Below are positions 44,760 to 59,772 of a stretch of 64,000 nucleotides of DNA, piece by piece (position 1 is the first letter of the stretch; each line of letters starts with the position of its first letter). The notes below the pieces were generated by a model. It saw nothing but the letters and a program-made list of their open reading frames with translations. It was not told where the DNA came from and made no database searches. This stretch comes from the human T2T-CHM13v2.0 reference genome, Homo sapiens, in assembly GCF_009914755.1 (NCBI RefSeq), contig NC_060925.1; one strand, given 5' to 3'. The position numbers were made by a program, and so were the translations under genes.

Positions 44760-44940
44760 TAGTGGTTCTCAAAGTGTGGTTTCCCTACCAGCAGTCTTAG
44801 CCTCACCTGCGACCGTATTAGAAATGCAAATTCCTGAGGCCCGTCAGAGACCTGCTGAATCAGAAACTCTGACGTTGGGACTGTGTTTTAACAAGCCCTC
44901 CAGAGGATTTCTGATGCAGGCTTAAGTTTGAAAGCTGCAG
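44760..44940. mobile_element. MER5A-like hAT MITE
   Basis: agtggttctcaaagtgtggt...gaatcagaaactctg...ttaacaagccctccag. Confidence 0.8.
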
Positions 44941-45720
44941 GTAAGGGAATAGTTTTGTTTTGTTTTGTTTTGTTTTTTTAAGAAATGGGGTCTCCATCAC
45001 TGGAGTGCAATGGTGCTATCATAGCTTACTGTAACTTGAAATTCTGGCCTCCCAAAGCACTGAGATTACAGCCATGAGGCACTGCCCAACCAGGATAGAA
45101 TGTAGAGTAAAGACTGTTTGGTTGTGAGTCCCGAGTCTTTCTCTTACTCTGTGTGGACCTGAGCAAATTATTTAACTGATCTACATCATAGTAAGTTACT
45201 TACCTCTTAGAGTTGTTTTAACAGTTACGGTAGATGTATTATTTAAACAGTGCATTGTAGTTTCTCATGTGTATACATTCAGTGATTGTTGGTTTTTCTC
45301 AAAAATTCAATTATTTTAATCTTACATTTAGCTGTAGAGGACAAGTTCTTACGTGGAACATGTGTATATCGCACATATCAAAGTCATCAGCCAAAAGTTG
45401 ATCATCCCAGAGATATGTCCTTATATATACTCATACACACTGCCCCAGCATTTGATATGTTGATAAAAATATCTGGCACCCTTAATAACCTGACAGGTTT
45501 CATAAGTACAAAGTGCCTAGGCTGCTCAATAATGTACACTGCAGCCCATAGAACAAGTAAAGTAATTGAAGAGAGAAGTAGAAATTTCAGGCAGATTCTT
45601 ATACAATTTTATTGTCCCTTCTTCTAAAACTCCCATATTCTAGCCTTAAAAGATTGACCCCCGCAAAAAAATGACTTTGTATTTAAAAAGCTCTGGTAGA
45701 GAAATGTTAAAGTGTTTTAA

Positions 45721-45939
<219 letters not shown>

Positions 45940-46196
45940 CCATAAGCAGCAGCACGATCCAGAGATCCATTGCCATCAGTGATCTCACTAAAAATATACA
46001 GCTACTTCCCAGCTAATCTCCACCCAATGAATGATGATGGTATAGTATGTGCATAATGGAAAGTTACCTTACTGAAAAAAAAAAAAGAAGGAAAAATAAG
46101 ATGGGCCCAAAGGTCTATCTACTAAACTAGCTCTTGGGGAAATAGCTTCAGGATACTGTAGTTTCCTCTATCTAATAGAGAACTTTTTGTTAACAG

Positions 46197-46210
46197 ACAC
46201 TGTAAAATAG
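46197..46210 (+). CDS. RO60: Alternative RO60 C-terminus (DTVK*) via acceptor in proximal 3'UTR
   Basis: TTTTTGTTAACAG acceptor; G from GC donor at 45865 + AC ACT GTA AAA TAG; matches a recalled isoform ending. Confidence 0.65.
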
Positions 46211-49200
46211 TTTTGCTTTGTTGAATAATACGTGTGTACCTAAAAGAGGTAAGAGCAAAAAGTGTAATTCCACATCATGTTACTTGAGAAGTGCTTAACG
46301 TTTTCTTAAATGTTTTCATTGGGAAAGGACAGCTTTGATAATGTCCAAATACTCTGAAATGCACTAGACCATATAACTGTGATGAAATATGAAACTCATC
46401 TGTAAACTTTTATACCAAGGGGGTAAAAAAAAAAACTAAGGCATTTGATTAAATTATGAATGAGTTTTACAAATTCCTTTCAGAGTTTTACTAAGATCAC
46501 ACAAATAACAGCTTTCTTATTCAGTGAAAAAGATATTTTATTTCTGATGTTTTATTTGCACTTGTGGAATATGTTACCATTAATCAGAAACATCATGGCA
46601 ACCCCTAAGAATAGACTAAGTTTGTGTTGGCTGAGGGATTCTATTTGGTTTGCTTTTTTTTTTTTGCTTTGTTATATTTTATTGCTACAAGGGGTGTGAC
46701 TTGATAATGATTTCCTCTGAATTATAATAACATAGCCAGATGTAGTCTCACACTGTTTTTCATACTCTTAAGTGTAAATAATATAAAATGTTTCAAGCGC
46801 TTAACTCCCCCTCATTCACAAAGTATAACAATTAAAATCTCAACTATAACCAGTTTAGCTTTTTCCTTACTTTTAAAATAAAATTTTTTACTTTTAACTA
46901 TTTTTTTAGTTAATATTTTTAAAAGTATACATGTCAATGGCCTCTTTGTCCATTATTCATTTTGTGGCAAAATATTCTTCTTTGATAGTGTAAACAAATA
47001 ATAAAGCAATCTAGGTCCTTTAGGTTTGAAAGGCAATTTTTGAGTAGCATATTACCAGCTAGCCAGTCACTAGGAATTTTTTTCAGTATTATTTGTATGT
47101 ATTAAACTTTTCATTACACTAAAGTGCATTATTTTATTGAGCAAGTATCCTTCATTGTGAGGTTTAACATTAAAGCAATCTGTTGAAATGCCATTATCTT
47201 TGCTCATAATTTTATTATGGCCGTCTAAGGTAGCTTACACATAAAACCTGTTTGCGTATCTGTTGTTCTCTAAATATTAATTGAAGATTTACTGAGGATT
47301 TGTAAGGTCCTTCTCGCTGTTATGTGAAAAGTCAAACTGTAGTTAATGTAAATTATAGCCTTTTAGGTGCTTGGGGGTTAGAGGGTTTATGTTTTTTGGG
47401 AAAGGGGGACTTTAGTAGTCTGAGGATTTCTGTACATATTTTCTTCTGTTTTATGTGAAATTTGGGCTCTGGGAATAAGAAAATATTCCTTTCAAATTTA
47501 TTTGACATATTAATGCTGGTTTTGATATGTACCCATTCCTTCAAGGCAACTGGTATCAGTTTTTAAGTGTGATTTACCTGAGATATTTTTGTTCAGCAAA
47601 GCTCATAGCACCCTCACCCCCACTCCAGACATGCATTGCTTCTGATGTTGTTCACGTTTTTAACCCTGTCAAGCATTGAACTGAATATATTAGCTACTTT
47701 TGACACATTAAAATATTACGTTCAGATTGAATTTAAAGTTTAAAGAAACTAATAGAATTACGTAATAGTTATTGAATTGTTTAAGTAAACCCAAGATCTT
47801 AAAAATTATAACATGATCATTTTATTCCTAATAGAAATGTTAAATAGAATATAGTACAAAAGTGCATTACCTTCAGTTGTGTACTATTTCCATAATACTT
47901 TTAGACAAATATATCTATAAGTTAATATTAAATCCATCAAGGATACAAGATTGGATGGATATGACCTTTCTGAAGTATTTAGGTAGGTCTAATTAAATGG
48001 ACTAGGGTAACATTTAAGAAAGAAAGGATAAGTAGGAGAAGCTACCACAGAAGGTAACTTTTCAAATCATGGCATATTTGAGCTGGAAGAAACCTTAGAA
48101 ACCTAAAAGCTAATTTTTTAAATTTTTGTTAGAGAGCTGAGGTCCAAGACAGAGTGTGATTTTGAAGTACTATAACCTAGAAATCTTGGTCTCTTCATTC
48201 CTGTGCCAGAATTTATTTCCCCACAACATGGGAATACATGGTCTCAGAAGAGTAGAGGATAAAATAAAATTATTTAAGACTTTTACCTTATTGAGTTATT
48301 AGGAAATAATGTATATACGATTGCTTTAGGAGTAGAAAAATAGAATGGGAACATGTATAATCTTGTAATTCATAGGAATCCTCAAGCACAATTAACCTGT
48401 GTTGCTATATATATCTACATATATAGAGAAAAAACAAAAACTTTACCTCATTATGAATAAAATGTACTGAAGTGATAAGTTTTTTATTTCCTGAGTTACT
48501 TTTAGGATTACTGTTAAATTAATATTTGGGAAAATACTGCTTTTAAAAACAATCCTGCAAGAATAAACAAACTTTATTTCCTAGGTAGTATGTAAATAGT
48601 TCCAGGATATAGTTGTAATTAGTAAAACAAAAACTAATCTTATAATCCCACCCTTTATTAGTTGAAAGTTCTTGGAAATTCCATTTATTAATACTTATAT
48701 TATTTAGTAATCTATCTTATGAGAGTGTTAGTGAGGCAAGATGCTAGTGAATGGAATTTAGTGTTACCCTTTGACACCTCCTTTGCTTTATCTAACTTAC
48801 TGTGTGACTGTAGACAACCAGTTTAACCTAAGTGATTTGATTATTTTTATCCTTAAAAAGTAACATATCTGTGCTTGGATCATAGAAGAATCAGTGATTT
48901 AATATTTGTATAAAAATTGAAACTGGGAAGAGGGCTTGCAATACAAGTTAGAATTCTTTTTTTTTTTGGTTAAAAACATTCTTGTTAATAAGATACGTAT
49001 TTCAAAAGATAAAATGTTTTAGAAAAATAGCTCACTCAATAGGCCTAACAGTGTTTTAAAACATTCCTGTTCAGAGTAGAAAAATTTAGAAGAAAAATTT
49101 TCACAGCTAAAGTATTACCCAAAAAGTCACTATTCTCTACTGAAGAGGGAGAAAAAATATACTCCAAGATCTTCTTGGACAGACCTAGAAAAACAAGCTT

Positions 49201-49227
49201 ATACTCTGAGGAAATGCTGTTAACAAA

Positions 49228-49541
<314 letters not shown>

Positions 49542-51002
49542 TAAAGTAACCAGTAAATCTACAAATAGTAAAGTACTATTTTCATCAGGGATTTTTTTTT
49601 TCTTATTTTCTAGATTTTACAGAAACAATGTGAAATTATTTTGGAAAGATAAGGTAGGATTCTTGAATAAATCTGAAGGTCTCACAATTAAGTGAGAAAC
49701 ACCTTTAAAAGCATAGTAAAGCTACACCTAAATAACTAAAGCCTAAATCATTGTAATGTTTTGTTGGACTTACTTTAACTTGACCTGTTGTAGCCACAAA
49801 TAACAAATTTCTTGGTAACTGATGCTATTACAGTAGGTAATCAAAAATGAAAAATTCTAGTCTTATATACTGCAGGTTTGGGGTGATTGTTAAGGCACTA
49901 TCCCCTCTGGAGAAATGTCATATGGCATCAGTGTAAACATGCACAAGAAAGAATTTGTAAAAAAAAATGACAGGTTAATCAATGAAATTAGTTGTATTTA
50001 CTGTTTGGATTTTATTTAGTGTTTCCTTGATGTCTGTTTCCTCATCTCTTATTTGTTGGAAGATTACTTTTCTACCTCTTTTTTTTCTTTTAAAATTCCT
50101 TTCTTACATTTCTGTTGTTTCTTTTTCTAGTCCTTCTCTATCTGGATAATAAAATGAATGACAGGAAAGTCACCCACATAGAGGTTTGGGATGAACCTTT
50201 TGCAGATTGCTTTTTGTTTCATACAAGTATAAGATCATATTTTCTTTTTCAACTTAGTAATAGGCAGGCTTCTTGGAACAATAAGTAGATTGATACACTC
50301 CTCCCCAAATCAAATTATATTGTATATCTTTTATATTAGATGTTTGCAGAAATTCTGTGGCCTTTAAGATCAGTTATTCAGCCTTTGTAATTATGTTATC
50401 TAGCTATGTTGAAAAGATAAGTGCTTACTATATAAGCACTCTTAGAAAAATAATTAACTGATTACTCTTTCAGAAAATAGCAGGTGTCTCAATGCTTTTT
50501 TTCCATAATTATAAAGACCATTGTCAAAATCTTTGGTTTACTAAATATTTCACTGAGCATATATAGAGATACGTTGCTTGTGGCATAAAAAGTCTTGTAG
50601 ATAACTTACTCACATTTGGCTTTTTTTTAATTGGTGCATTTTTTAATTTGCTTTTTTGAAAATTATGAAGTTAAAATTTAATTCTAAGGTAGTATTTTTC
50701 ATGTATAAAACTAATAATGTAGTTAAGCATACTGTTTGAATAAAATTATAATAAATGGCACAATTCCTTAAACCCTGAAAATACCAAGTTATATTGGAAA
50801 ATAGTGGAAAGAAAAAACTAGTGGAGAACATCTTAGAAAATTCTATTGTGGAAATTACGATGATTATTTTCAGTGAGAATGAATTTATATATACAACAAA
50901 AATATACAAAAGCTAACCTTCTCATCCTAAAAAGATTTTTCCCTTTGCTTCTGTTTTATTTAGCCCTGCCATGCACCACATTAATTTTATGAACATAAAT
51001 GA

Positions 51003-51311
<309 letters not shown>

Positions 51312-52858
51312 AACTTTTCATCTTAAGTTGTTTAAATTTATGCACTTTTAGATATCAGAATATATGCTTGAACAAAGGAAATAGTAAATTAGCTATATGT
51401 CTGCTGGTTTCACTTCGATGTGGATATGGATATGTGGATAAAGACAGTAAATGAAATTAAAACCCTGCTGTTTTAAATATCATTACCAGATATAATTGAG
51501 GGAATATTATATCAACAAACATATTGAAACTTGGCTTTATTTGTAACGTAAACTATATATAATCCATACGTAGCCAAATTAGATTTAAAATATACAATTA
51601 ATGAATAGTACTCAAAGTGTTTTTGTTGCACTGTTACTCTGAATATGGACTCTCTATATCTGGTATGGCGTGACTGGGCATAACTTCTGTAATGTATTTC
51701 AGTTATATGTTTTTCCTTTTATTGCCAGCTTCTGATAATGAAATTTTCCAAAGGGATGAGATATAAGAATCATCTTTTATAAAAACCAGTGGGGAGTGGG
51801 GTATTATAATCTAGTTCTAAACTGTCCATTTGCTTTATATAAAGGCTTTGATTTCAATAACTGACCATTTGATGAATATTTAAATTACACAGAATAATGT
51901 CTACATAGAATAAACTTAAGTATTCAAGAGCCTTAAAGTGAAAAAATGAACCTTTTGACTGCCTTAAAATACTACTTGCTCTGTAATTCAGGCATACTAG
52001 TTACTTTCCTTGGGGTCTGTTTAAATAATGCCTTAATAGTGTTCTAATGTTTCTGAAATACAGAACTCAAAGGGTCTTTTAGAGCTTTTAATTTTACATA
52101 GTGAATGGAAATTTAAGTATTACATTTTAAAACCTGATTGTACATTGGTAATTTAAACATCCAATAACAGGAAAATCTAGATACAGTGATGTGTTATACA
52201 TACATGACTGTTAACATCAGTAATATTTTATGATAGTTTAAGGTTTTTTATTGTTTTCTATAACAAGTTATCCAACAGGTTGGACTTTGTAACATGATAT
52301 CCAAGGACCAAGTTGCATATTTAACATCGAATGAAAATGTAGTTGTACAGTTCCAAAAATAATTAATTTTTTAAGGGAATTTTTCAAGACAAAAGGCAAA
52401 TATTTTGTTTCAAACCTACAAGCAAATTCATTCCAAGAAGTGAATATAGTAGTAAAACATAAAGACTATTGCAATAAAAAGTTTCCAGGCCAGTGACTTG
52501 TTTAATTACATTCACATTTTTACATTCACTTTGCCTTTCAAAGCAGGAGTATTTTATAAAACTGAAATAAAACTTTAAATTGTCAAGCTGGTGCTTAAAG
52601 TTATGTAAAATCTGATTTAAGTTTATTTCATTTCCAAGGAAAGGACCCTGAAAGGAGGGGACAGGGAGCTTCCTAGGTCTGTTGATAAACTAACTGATGC
52701 TTTGTCAAGTCTTCCAAGTTTTCACTGTAAATAATACAACTAACAATGTAATTTTGCTGTTTTCTAATAGAGAATGAATGAATATATTAATGTATTACAT
52801 TTGTTTCATGATAAAACAGTTTTCACTGATACTGTGAAATCCTTTCTCTCCTTTCTAG

Positions 52859-52893
52859 CCTTGCAAAATACCCTACTAAATAAATCATTTTAG
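52859..52893 (+). CDS. RO60: Alternative distal RO60 terminal exon (ALQNTLLNKSF* or, in another frame, PCKIPY*)
   Basis: Strong pyrimidine tract CCTTTCTCTCCTTTCTAG; TAG 52891-93 (ALQNTLLNKSF frame), TAA 52877-79 (PCKIPY frame); AATAAA downstream at 52964. Confidence 0.8.
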
Positions 52894-52963
52894 ACATGGA
52901 GTGCAGGTGGACACTGTGTGAACTGTTTTTGGTCAGTTATTGTAGAAATTGATAGATGTACCA

Positions 52964-52969
52964 AATAAA
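52964..52969 (+). terminator. Distal RO60 polyadenylation signal
   Basis: AATAAA followed by GT-rich GTGTCTGTCT ~20 nt downstream. Confidence 0.75.
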
Positions 52970-53784
52970 CTCTATGCACATTAAACAAGTGTCTGTCTAT
53001 CTCTTTCAAGAAATACGAATGTTAAGGTTATAATATGCCTTAAAAAATCTAAAGCCTTTAGTAATCTTGTATTTGAACAAGGTAAAATTTAAGTTTTGAT
53101 AATTAATATTGACCTTTTAATGTATCTAGTTTTATGTAAGTATTAAAAGTATATGAAGTTAAAGATTCTTTACCCATGGAATTCAATTATAACAAAATGA
53201 TTAGATTTAATGAAAACAAATTATTTAAAGTTTTAAAATAGGATTCTTTTGTGAAAAGATCTACTCAAAATTGCCTTTGGCAAAAGTTATCATCCAAACA
53301 CAAAAAGTCAACTATGCAAATAAAAACACTGTTTCAGTGCCAATTTGCAGACATTTTTCTCTCAATTCCCATAAAAATTTTCTGAAAAGTTCTAAGATCT
53401 GAACTGTGGGTAACTGAAAGCAAGTTACATCAGAATATATTCACCAAAACTTCAAAACATTTGGTTGATTTTACAGCACTCATTTCAACACTTGTACAAG
53501 AAGGATCACAAATTATACATACTAGATTTAATAAATTTTAACAATATTAAACCTTATGAAGAAAACCTGACTTTAAAAGATGTTGTTCAAATGGTAATTT
53601 TTTATCAGTAAACAGTAAAATCCAGGTACAGAAGATCCCTTTTTTTCTTCAACAGCTTTTCAATTACAGATATTTTGGCAATTAAAATGTAAATTGATTA
53701 TCTAATGATAAAGTGAAAAATGGCCTAGTTTTTTATATTAATGAACTCCAGTAAACAGCTCGTATTTCAGATCTTAAAATAAAG

Positions 53785-54109
53785 GGCCGGGCATTGTGGC
53801 TTACACCTGTAATCATAGCACTTCAGGAGGCCAAAGGAGGAGGACTGCTTGAGCCTAGGAGTTCAAAACTAAAAAGTTGTAACTATGGGGATCTTGCTGG
53901 GCAACACAGTAAGACCCCCATATTTACAAAAAACTAAAAAGAATTAGTTGAGCATGGTGGCATGTGCCTGTAGCCCTAGCTATTCAGAAGGCTACGGTAG
54001 GAGGATCACTTCAGCCCAGGAGTTTGAGGCTGCAGTGAGCCATGATAGAGCCACTGTTCTCCATCCTGGGCTACAGAGGGAGACCCTGTCTCAAAAAAAA
54101 AAAAAAAAA
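53785..54109 (+). mobile_element. AluJ-like with ~25-nt internal insertion
   Basis: Alu dimer interrupted by aaaaagttgtaactatggggatctt near 53871. Confidence 0.85.
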
Positions 54110-55307
54110 TGTAAATAAAAAATGTAAAAATAAGGACTGAGGAAAAAAATTACAAGTTTTTCTTAGTCACCATTATCTTACTTTTATCCAGCTGTAAGGT
54201 ATGGAAAGGGAGAAGAAATGGAAATCAATATCCAAGACAACACGAAACCCCAGAGGCTTCCCCTGCCCCCTAAATTCTTGGCTGGGTACAGGCAGGAATC
54301 TTGGAAAACCCTGATGGGTCCACAAGAAAACACACATACCTGAACCATTGTGATTAATGATAGCCATTATGTATTGTCTATTAAAAACCACTCTGAAAGA
54401 TTTACATGTATTATCTCCATTCCTCAAAAAGTAAATCCTAAAGGAAAGTACTATTACCTACATTTTATAAGAAACTTGAAGTTCTGGGAGGTTAAGTCAC
54501 CTACCTAATGGTTACACCTTTAGTGATCTGAACGCTTGTCTGTCTTGGCAAATCATCAGCTATGCTCTGAAAGTATATTACGAATTTTTTTAACTGAAGA
54601 TTTAGTGGTGGTATGCTGTGGTCTCCTATCTAAATCTTTCTCCCTTAACCCCCAGCTTTGTAACCAGCCCCTTGCATACAGTTAAAACTAAAGCTGTTGG
54701 CATTCCACGATTGGCACTGTCAGTAAGGGAGCTGCTGGCTTCAGTGCTTCCCTATATCCTTGGATTCTGCTCCTGGTTTTGTTTTCCTCTTGGAGAGTCC
54801 CTATACTTTTTAAAACCTGCTTAGCCTTGCATTTTTAAAAATTTATTATTGTGTCCGATATTTTAAACGTTTTAGAGCGGCAAGCTTTTGTTATTATTGT
54901 TTTGGGGTTTTTTTCAAAGATATTTAATGTGCCATATGACAAAAAGAGGTCAGATTTATTGTTATTTTCTTTCATTCCTTAGCGTTTAACAAATAGGAGA
55001 GATCTGCTTCCTTTTTGATGCAGTGCTAAACCCTCCAAAGTAAAAATCTTTTATTAGTCAATGAGTTTAATTCAGAAGACTAAGATGCAGATATTAGAAG
55101 GGTTTATTTCTTCTATTTTAAATAAAGCCATAGTGAGAATCAGGTATCATATTACCTTCAGTAGAGTTTTTGAGGCTTTTGATAAGGCTTCTCTCCCTAA
55201 TGTTGAATTCTTTCAAGATCTGAACATAATCAAGAACGAACCACCACTCGCCTCTCACCCTATGTCCTACCAGTCTAGGAAGCATTGATAAAAGATGTTT
55301 CTTCACA

Positions 55308-55600
55308 GGCCAGGTGCAGTGGCTCATGCCTGTAATCCTAGCACTTTGGGAGGCCAAGGCAGGCGGATCGCCTGAGCTCAGGAGTTTGAGACCAGCCTGG
55401 CCAACGTGGCGAAATCCTGGCTGTACTAAAAATACAAAAAATTAGCGAAGTGTGGTGGTGCTCGCCTGTAGTCCCAGCTACTCTCAGGAGGCTGAGGATT
55501 GAGAATCGCTTGTACCCAGGAAGTGGAAGTTGCAGTGAGCTGAGATTGCGCCATTGCCCCCCAGTCTGAGCAACGGAGCGAGACTGTTTCAAAAAAAAAA
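55308..55600 (+). mobile_element. AluS-like
   Basis: Full dimer. Confidence 0.9.
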
Positions 55601-56435
55601 TGCTAAAGGTAAAGATGTTTTTCACAGTCGAGTACTGGTCAGTGTTTCTATACCTTGAAGTAACTTGTCTCTACCCTTAATACCTAGTATGATGAACAAT
55701 TATGACACAATTTTACCTTTCTCAGGTAATAGACTTCAACTCTAACAAAATGTGTTTTCAGAATCCCCAAAAGCCTGAATCTAACAACGATTTTACAACA
55801 TAGCAAGAACTTTCTTATGACATAATGCAAAATAAAGAACTAAAGACATTCTACTCTTTGTTCCATTCTAGTGTTATAACCTAAATTATCACATGGGAAT
55901 GAAATTCTTGTCTAAATTCTTGATCAAGAGGTTTCCTAATGGCAGTTTAAATCCAAGTAAGAAGCATCATTGATGGCAAAAGGCCAAGGAAGCCACCAGC
56001 TATTTTCTTCAGGACTGTTCCAGATTCTCTGGTCCATCCTGACAAAAACCAGAAGCACTCTTGAAATCCATTTTTCCTCCACCTCTGATGAAGGGTTTTT
56101 TCTTCTCAGCATCTGGTAATCTGCCCCAAGTGACTCTGTGGGATCAACTAGGAAAATGCTTTGTATAGTAGGCACTTTAAAAATTCTTGTTGATAGGAAG
56201 CTGGAAAGACGATTTCATTAATGAAGTACTGAACGTCTTCAATCATTGTAAAGTAAGACTTCCTATAGGATAAATCTTGTTTGCTAAGTTTAGCTGAATT
56301 GAAATCAGTTTGAATAGTATTCCCAGTATTGAACACATTAAGTGTTCAAAGGCTCTTGGAAATTGAGTTAAATTGTGAGGTGGAGAGTTCTGCTTTCCAG
56401 AATTTATATATATATATGTATTACAATACACATAA

Positions 56436-56778
<343 letters not shown>

Positions 56779-56929
56779 CTAATTCAAGTACATTTAATAT
56801 ATAAAATGTGTATGTGTGTGTATATATATATGAAATGTACTCAAGTTAAATTGTGAGGTGGAGAGTTCTACTTTCCAAAAATATATATATAAAAAACCTC
56901 AAAATTTATATATATATATATATATAAAA

Positions 56930-57151
56930 CCTCAAACTCCTGGGCTCAAGAGATCCTCCTGCCTCAGCCTCCTGAGTAGCTAGGACTCCAGGCATGTGCC
57001 ATCACACCAGGCTAATTTTTGTTTATTTGTTGTAAATATGGGGGTCTTGCTATGTAGACCAAGCTGATCTCCAACACCTGAGCTCAGGTGATCCTTGCGC
57101 CTTGGCCTCTCTAAGTGCTAGAATCACAGGCGTGAGCCACCATCCCATGCC
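56930..57151 (-). mobile_element. AluJ-like, truncated
   Basis: Reverse Alu lacking tail end. Confidence 0.8.
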
Positions 57152-57693
57152 AACTAAAGTACATTTCTACACTGTTTCAAAAGTTCATCCTCATACAATG
57201 CCGAAATCTTCTCCTTTTAATTTCTGCCCATAGGTATAGTTTTAATGACAAATGAACTATTAAGTCATTAATGACTTAATGAACTATTAAGTCATTAAAT
57301 GAGTAATTTAGTTTCTCTAAGATAAATTTCATTCCATGCTAAAAATTTAATATACTTCTATTACTCTACAAGTACAAAGTGTGAAGGCTTTTCACAATAT
57401 CGTATAAGATATTCCTGCCTAGTTCACAAGTGTATCAGCAAAAGCCTTAAATTTTAAAGAGAAATCAAATATCAGTCCTTACCACTTAAAAACTATGTGA
57501 GATAAAGAGTTAACTCCTGAATAGGAAATAAAGAATTCCAAATGCTTACCTTCTAGCTCTTGGTTGTAAAATTCATATCTAAATTCCTAATAAAATACAT
57601 TCTTATCTTGATACAACTCCAACCTTTCATTTTTTTAATACCATCCCTTTTTCTCAAGAATTGGCAAGTGGGAAGAAGAGGTTTCCACCGCAA

Positions 57694-57699
57694 TTTATT
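57694..57699 (-). terminator. GLRX2 polyadenylation signal
   Basis: AATAAA on minus strand ~135 nt after stop. Confidence 0.75.
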
Positions 57700-57832
57700 G
57701 TTCATTATTTTTACATCTTCTTCGTGAAGACAATGCATGTATTTAAAACATCCTCAAACATTTAAAAGACATTATCGGGCATTACCACTTTAAATAACTG
57801 ACACTGTACTAGCAAACTTATTAGTATAAACA

Positions 57833-57967
57833 TCACTGAAATTCTTTCCTCTTACTTTTTTTTAAATAACACTGATGAACTAGTGGGAGCAATTTTCCTT
57901 CTTTGTGAAGCCTATGAGTGTCAGTTGCACCTCCAATAAAAGTACCATTGACAAATATTCTTGGAAC
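57833..57967 (-). CDS. GLRX2: GLRX2 last exon (VPRIFVNGTFIGGATDTHRLHKEGKLLPLVHQCYLKKSKRKEFQ*)
   Basis: TVP and GG glutathione-binding motifs; CAACAG acceptor; TGA at 57835-33. Confidence 0.97.
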   Translation of the reverse strand, partial: VPRIFVNGTFIGGATDTHRLHKEGKLLPLVHQCYLKKSKRKEFQ

Positions 57968-58791
57968 CTGTTGGACAAACAAAAGAAGAATTAGGCTTTA
58001 CTCTAGTATCAGAACTAAGATCATTTCACATAATAACGAGACATTTGAACTCTGGGTACTTTTATGAGCCTGGCACCACAAAGCTCTTTCACAAATTAAA
58101 TCTTAAAATCTTTACCCTTTAAGGTAGGTATTATTTTTAGCCCTGTTTTGGAGGAAAATGAGGCACAGGAACTTGCACAAAATCACAATGATGGTACATG
58201 ACAGACTGGGATTCAAATCCAAACAATCTGATTCTAAAACCTTTCTTCCTGATTACTAAAGCTTTAAATAAACTAAAGCAGATAAACAGTAATATTTAGT
58301 TATTTCTTACATTTGTTTACTGAAGGGAAAGAGTGCACTATAAACTTTCAATAAACTTGAAAGTGGCAACACTGTACATTTTTCTGATTATGCATATTAT
58401 GGAAAAATCCAAATTTCAAGAATCTAAAAACATGGAGCACTAAAGCACTCCTATTAGAAAAGTAATTGAAGACCAACCCCTGTATTGCCCAGGTAAAGGG
58501 AGGAAGAATACTTTCATCTTGCCAAGAGCTCCAAGAGGAACTCAAAGATCCATAGACAAGCACTCATAATAACACTACTCATCAACCCCAGTCAAAACAC
58601 ACACACAGAATAAAAATAAAATAAATCAACTCTGCTGTTTCCTATTCTAAGAATCTGGTTCCTAGATCTGCAGCTGCTTTATCTATCCTCAGAGAATGTC
58701 TGGCTCATTTTCCTAACACAAGGTTCTAGGCTCTGGGTGATCTAGTTTACAACCTATTAAAGAGGAACAGCACCACAGAGGATATACTCAC

Positions 58792-58968
58792 AGTTCTTTC
58801 ACCAGTCATTTTGTAAAGAGCATCTTGGAACTGGTTTCCATATTCAAGCAGGTCCAGTTCCACCACTTTATAGTTAACATTCATGTCATGGAAAAGCTTT
58901 TTTGCCATTGTACAGTAAGAACAGGATGTTTTTGAGAAAATCACCACACAATTATCAGAAATTGTTTC
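58792..58968 (-). CDS. GLRX2: GLRX2 exon 3 with CSYC active site
   Basis: ETISDNCVVIFSKTSCSYCTMAKKLF...MTGERT; TTTCAG acceptor, GTGAGT donor; 177 nt. Confidence 0.97.
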
Positions 58969-59466
58969 CTGAAATAAAACCACAAAAAATCATTTTAATT
59001 CTAGACATTACCATTTGGAAATAAATTAAGATATAATGGAAAGGGTATGGATTTTGGTCTCTCATGATTCTGGGCTCAAACTAAGCATCATCTATTTTTT
59101 CTCATCTGCAGATTGAGGATATTTTTCATTTCAAAGCAATGTTATTAGAAAAAAGATATAACAAAAAGTGCCTGGCATAGAGCAATAACAATAAATAATA
59201 ATTGTAGCCAATTCATATACAGCAACCATTTCTGTGTGCCAGGTACTATTCTCAACAATTTATCTTCACTGTGTTATTTAAACCTCACTACAATCCTGAG
59301 GTAGGTCCTATTATTGTCCCCACTTCACAGTTGAGGAAAGTGAGGTGCAGAGGAAGATCAACAATTTGTTCATGGTTCTCAGCTAATAGGTGGAAGAGCT
59401 GGGATTAGACCCAGGCAAATCTGGCTCTACAGTCCAGATATTTAATCTCCATTATACTCCTTTTTC

Positions 59467-59758
59467 AGCCGGGTACAGTGGCTCATACCTGTAATCCCAG
59501 CACTGTGGGAGGCTGAAGCAGGCAGATCACTTGAGGTAAGGAGTTCGAGACCAGCCTGGCCAAAATGGTGAAACTCCATCTCTACTAAAAACACAAAAGT
59601 TGCCAGGCATGGTGGCACATCCCTGTAATCCCAGCTACTCAGAAGGCTGAGGCAGGAGAATCACTTGAACCAGGGAGGTGGTTCCAGTGATTCTCCAGCC
59701 TGAGGAACACAGTAAGTGGACTCTGTCTCAAAACAAACAAACAAACAAACAAAAAAAC
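59467..59758 (+). mobile_element. AluS-like (right-arm deletion)
   Basis: Alu dimer, (AAAC)n tail. Confidence 0.9.
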
Positions 59759-59772
59759 CAAAACATTGTACA

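Noticed and set aside
55870-56340. Non-repeat-looking stretch with two overlapping minus-strand ORFs (79 and 62 aa) downstream of GLRX2
   Set aside because: No recognisable domain, splice pattern, poly(A) or TSD; cannot support a gene or pseudogene without a BLAST search.
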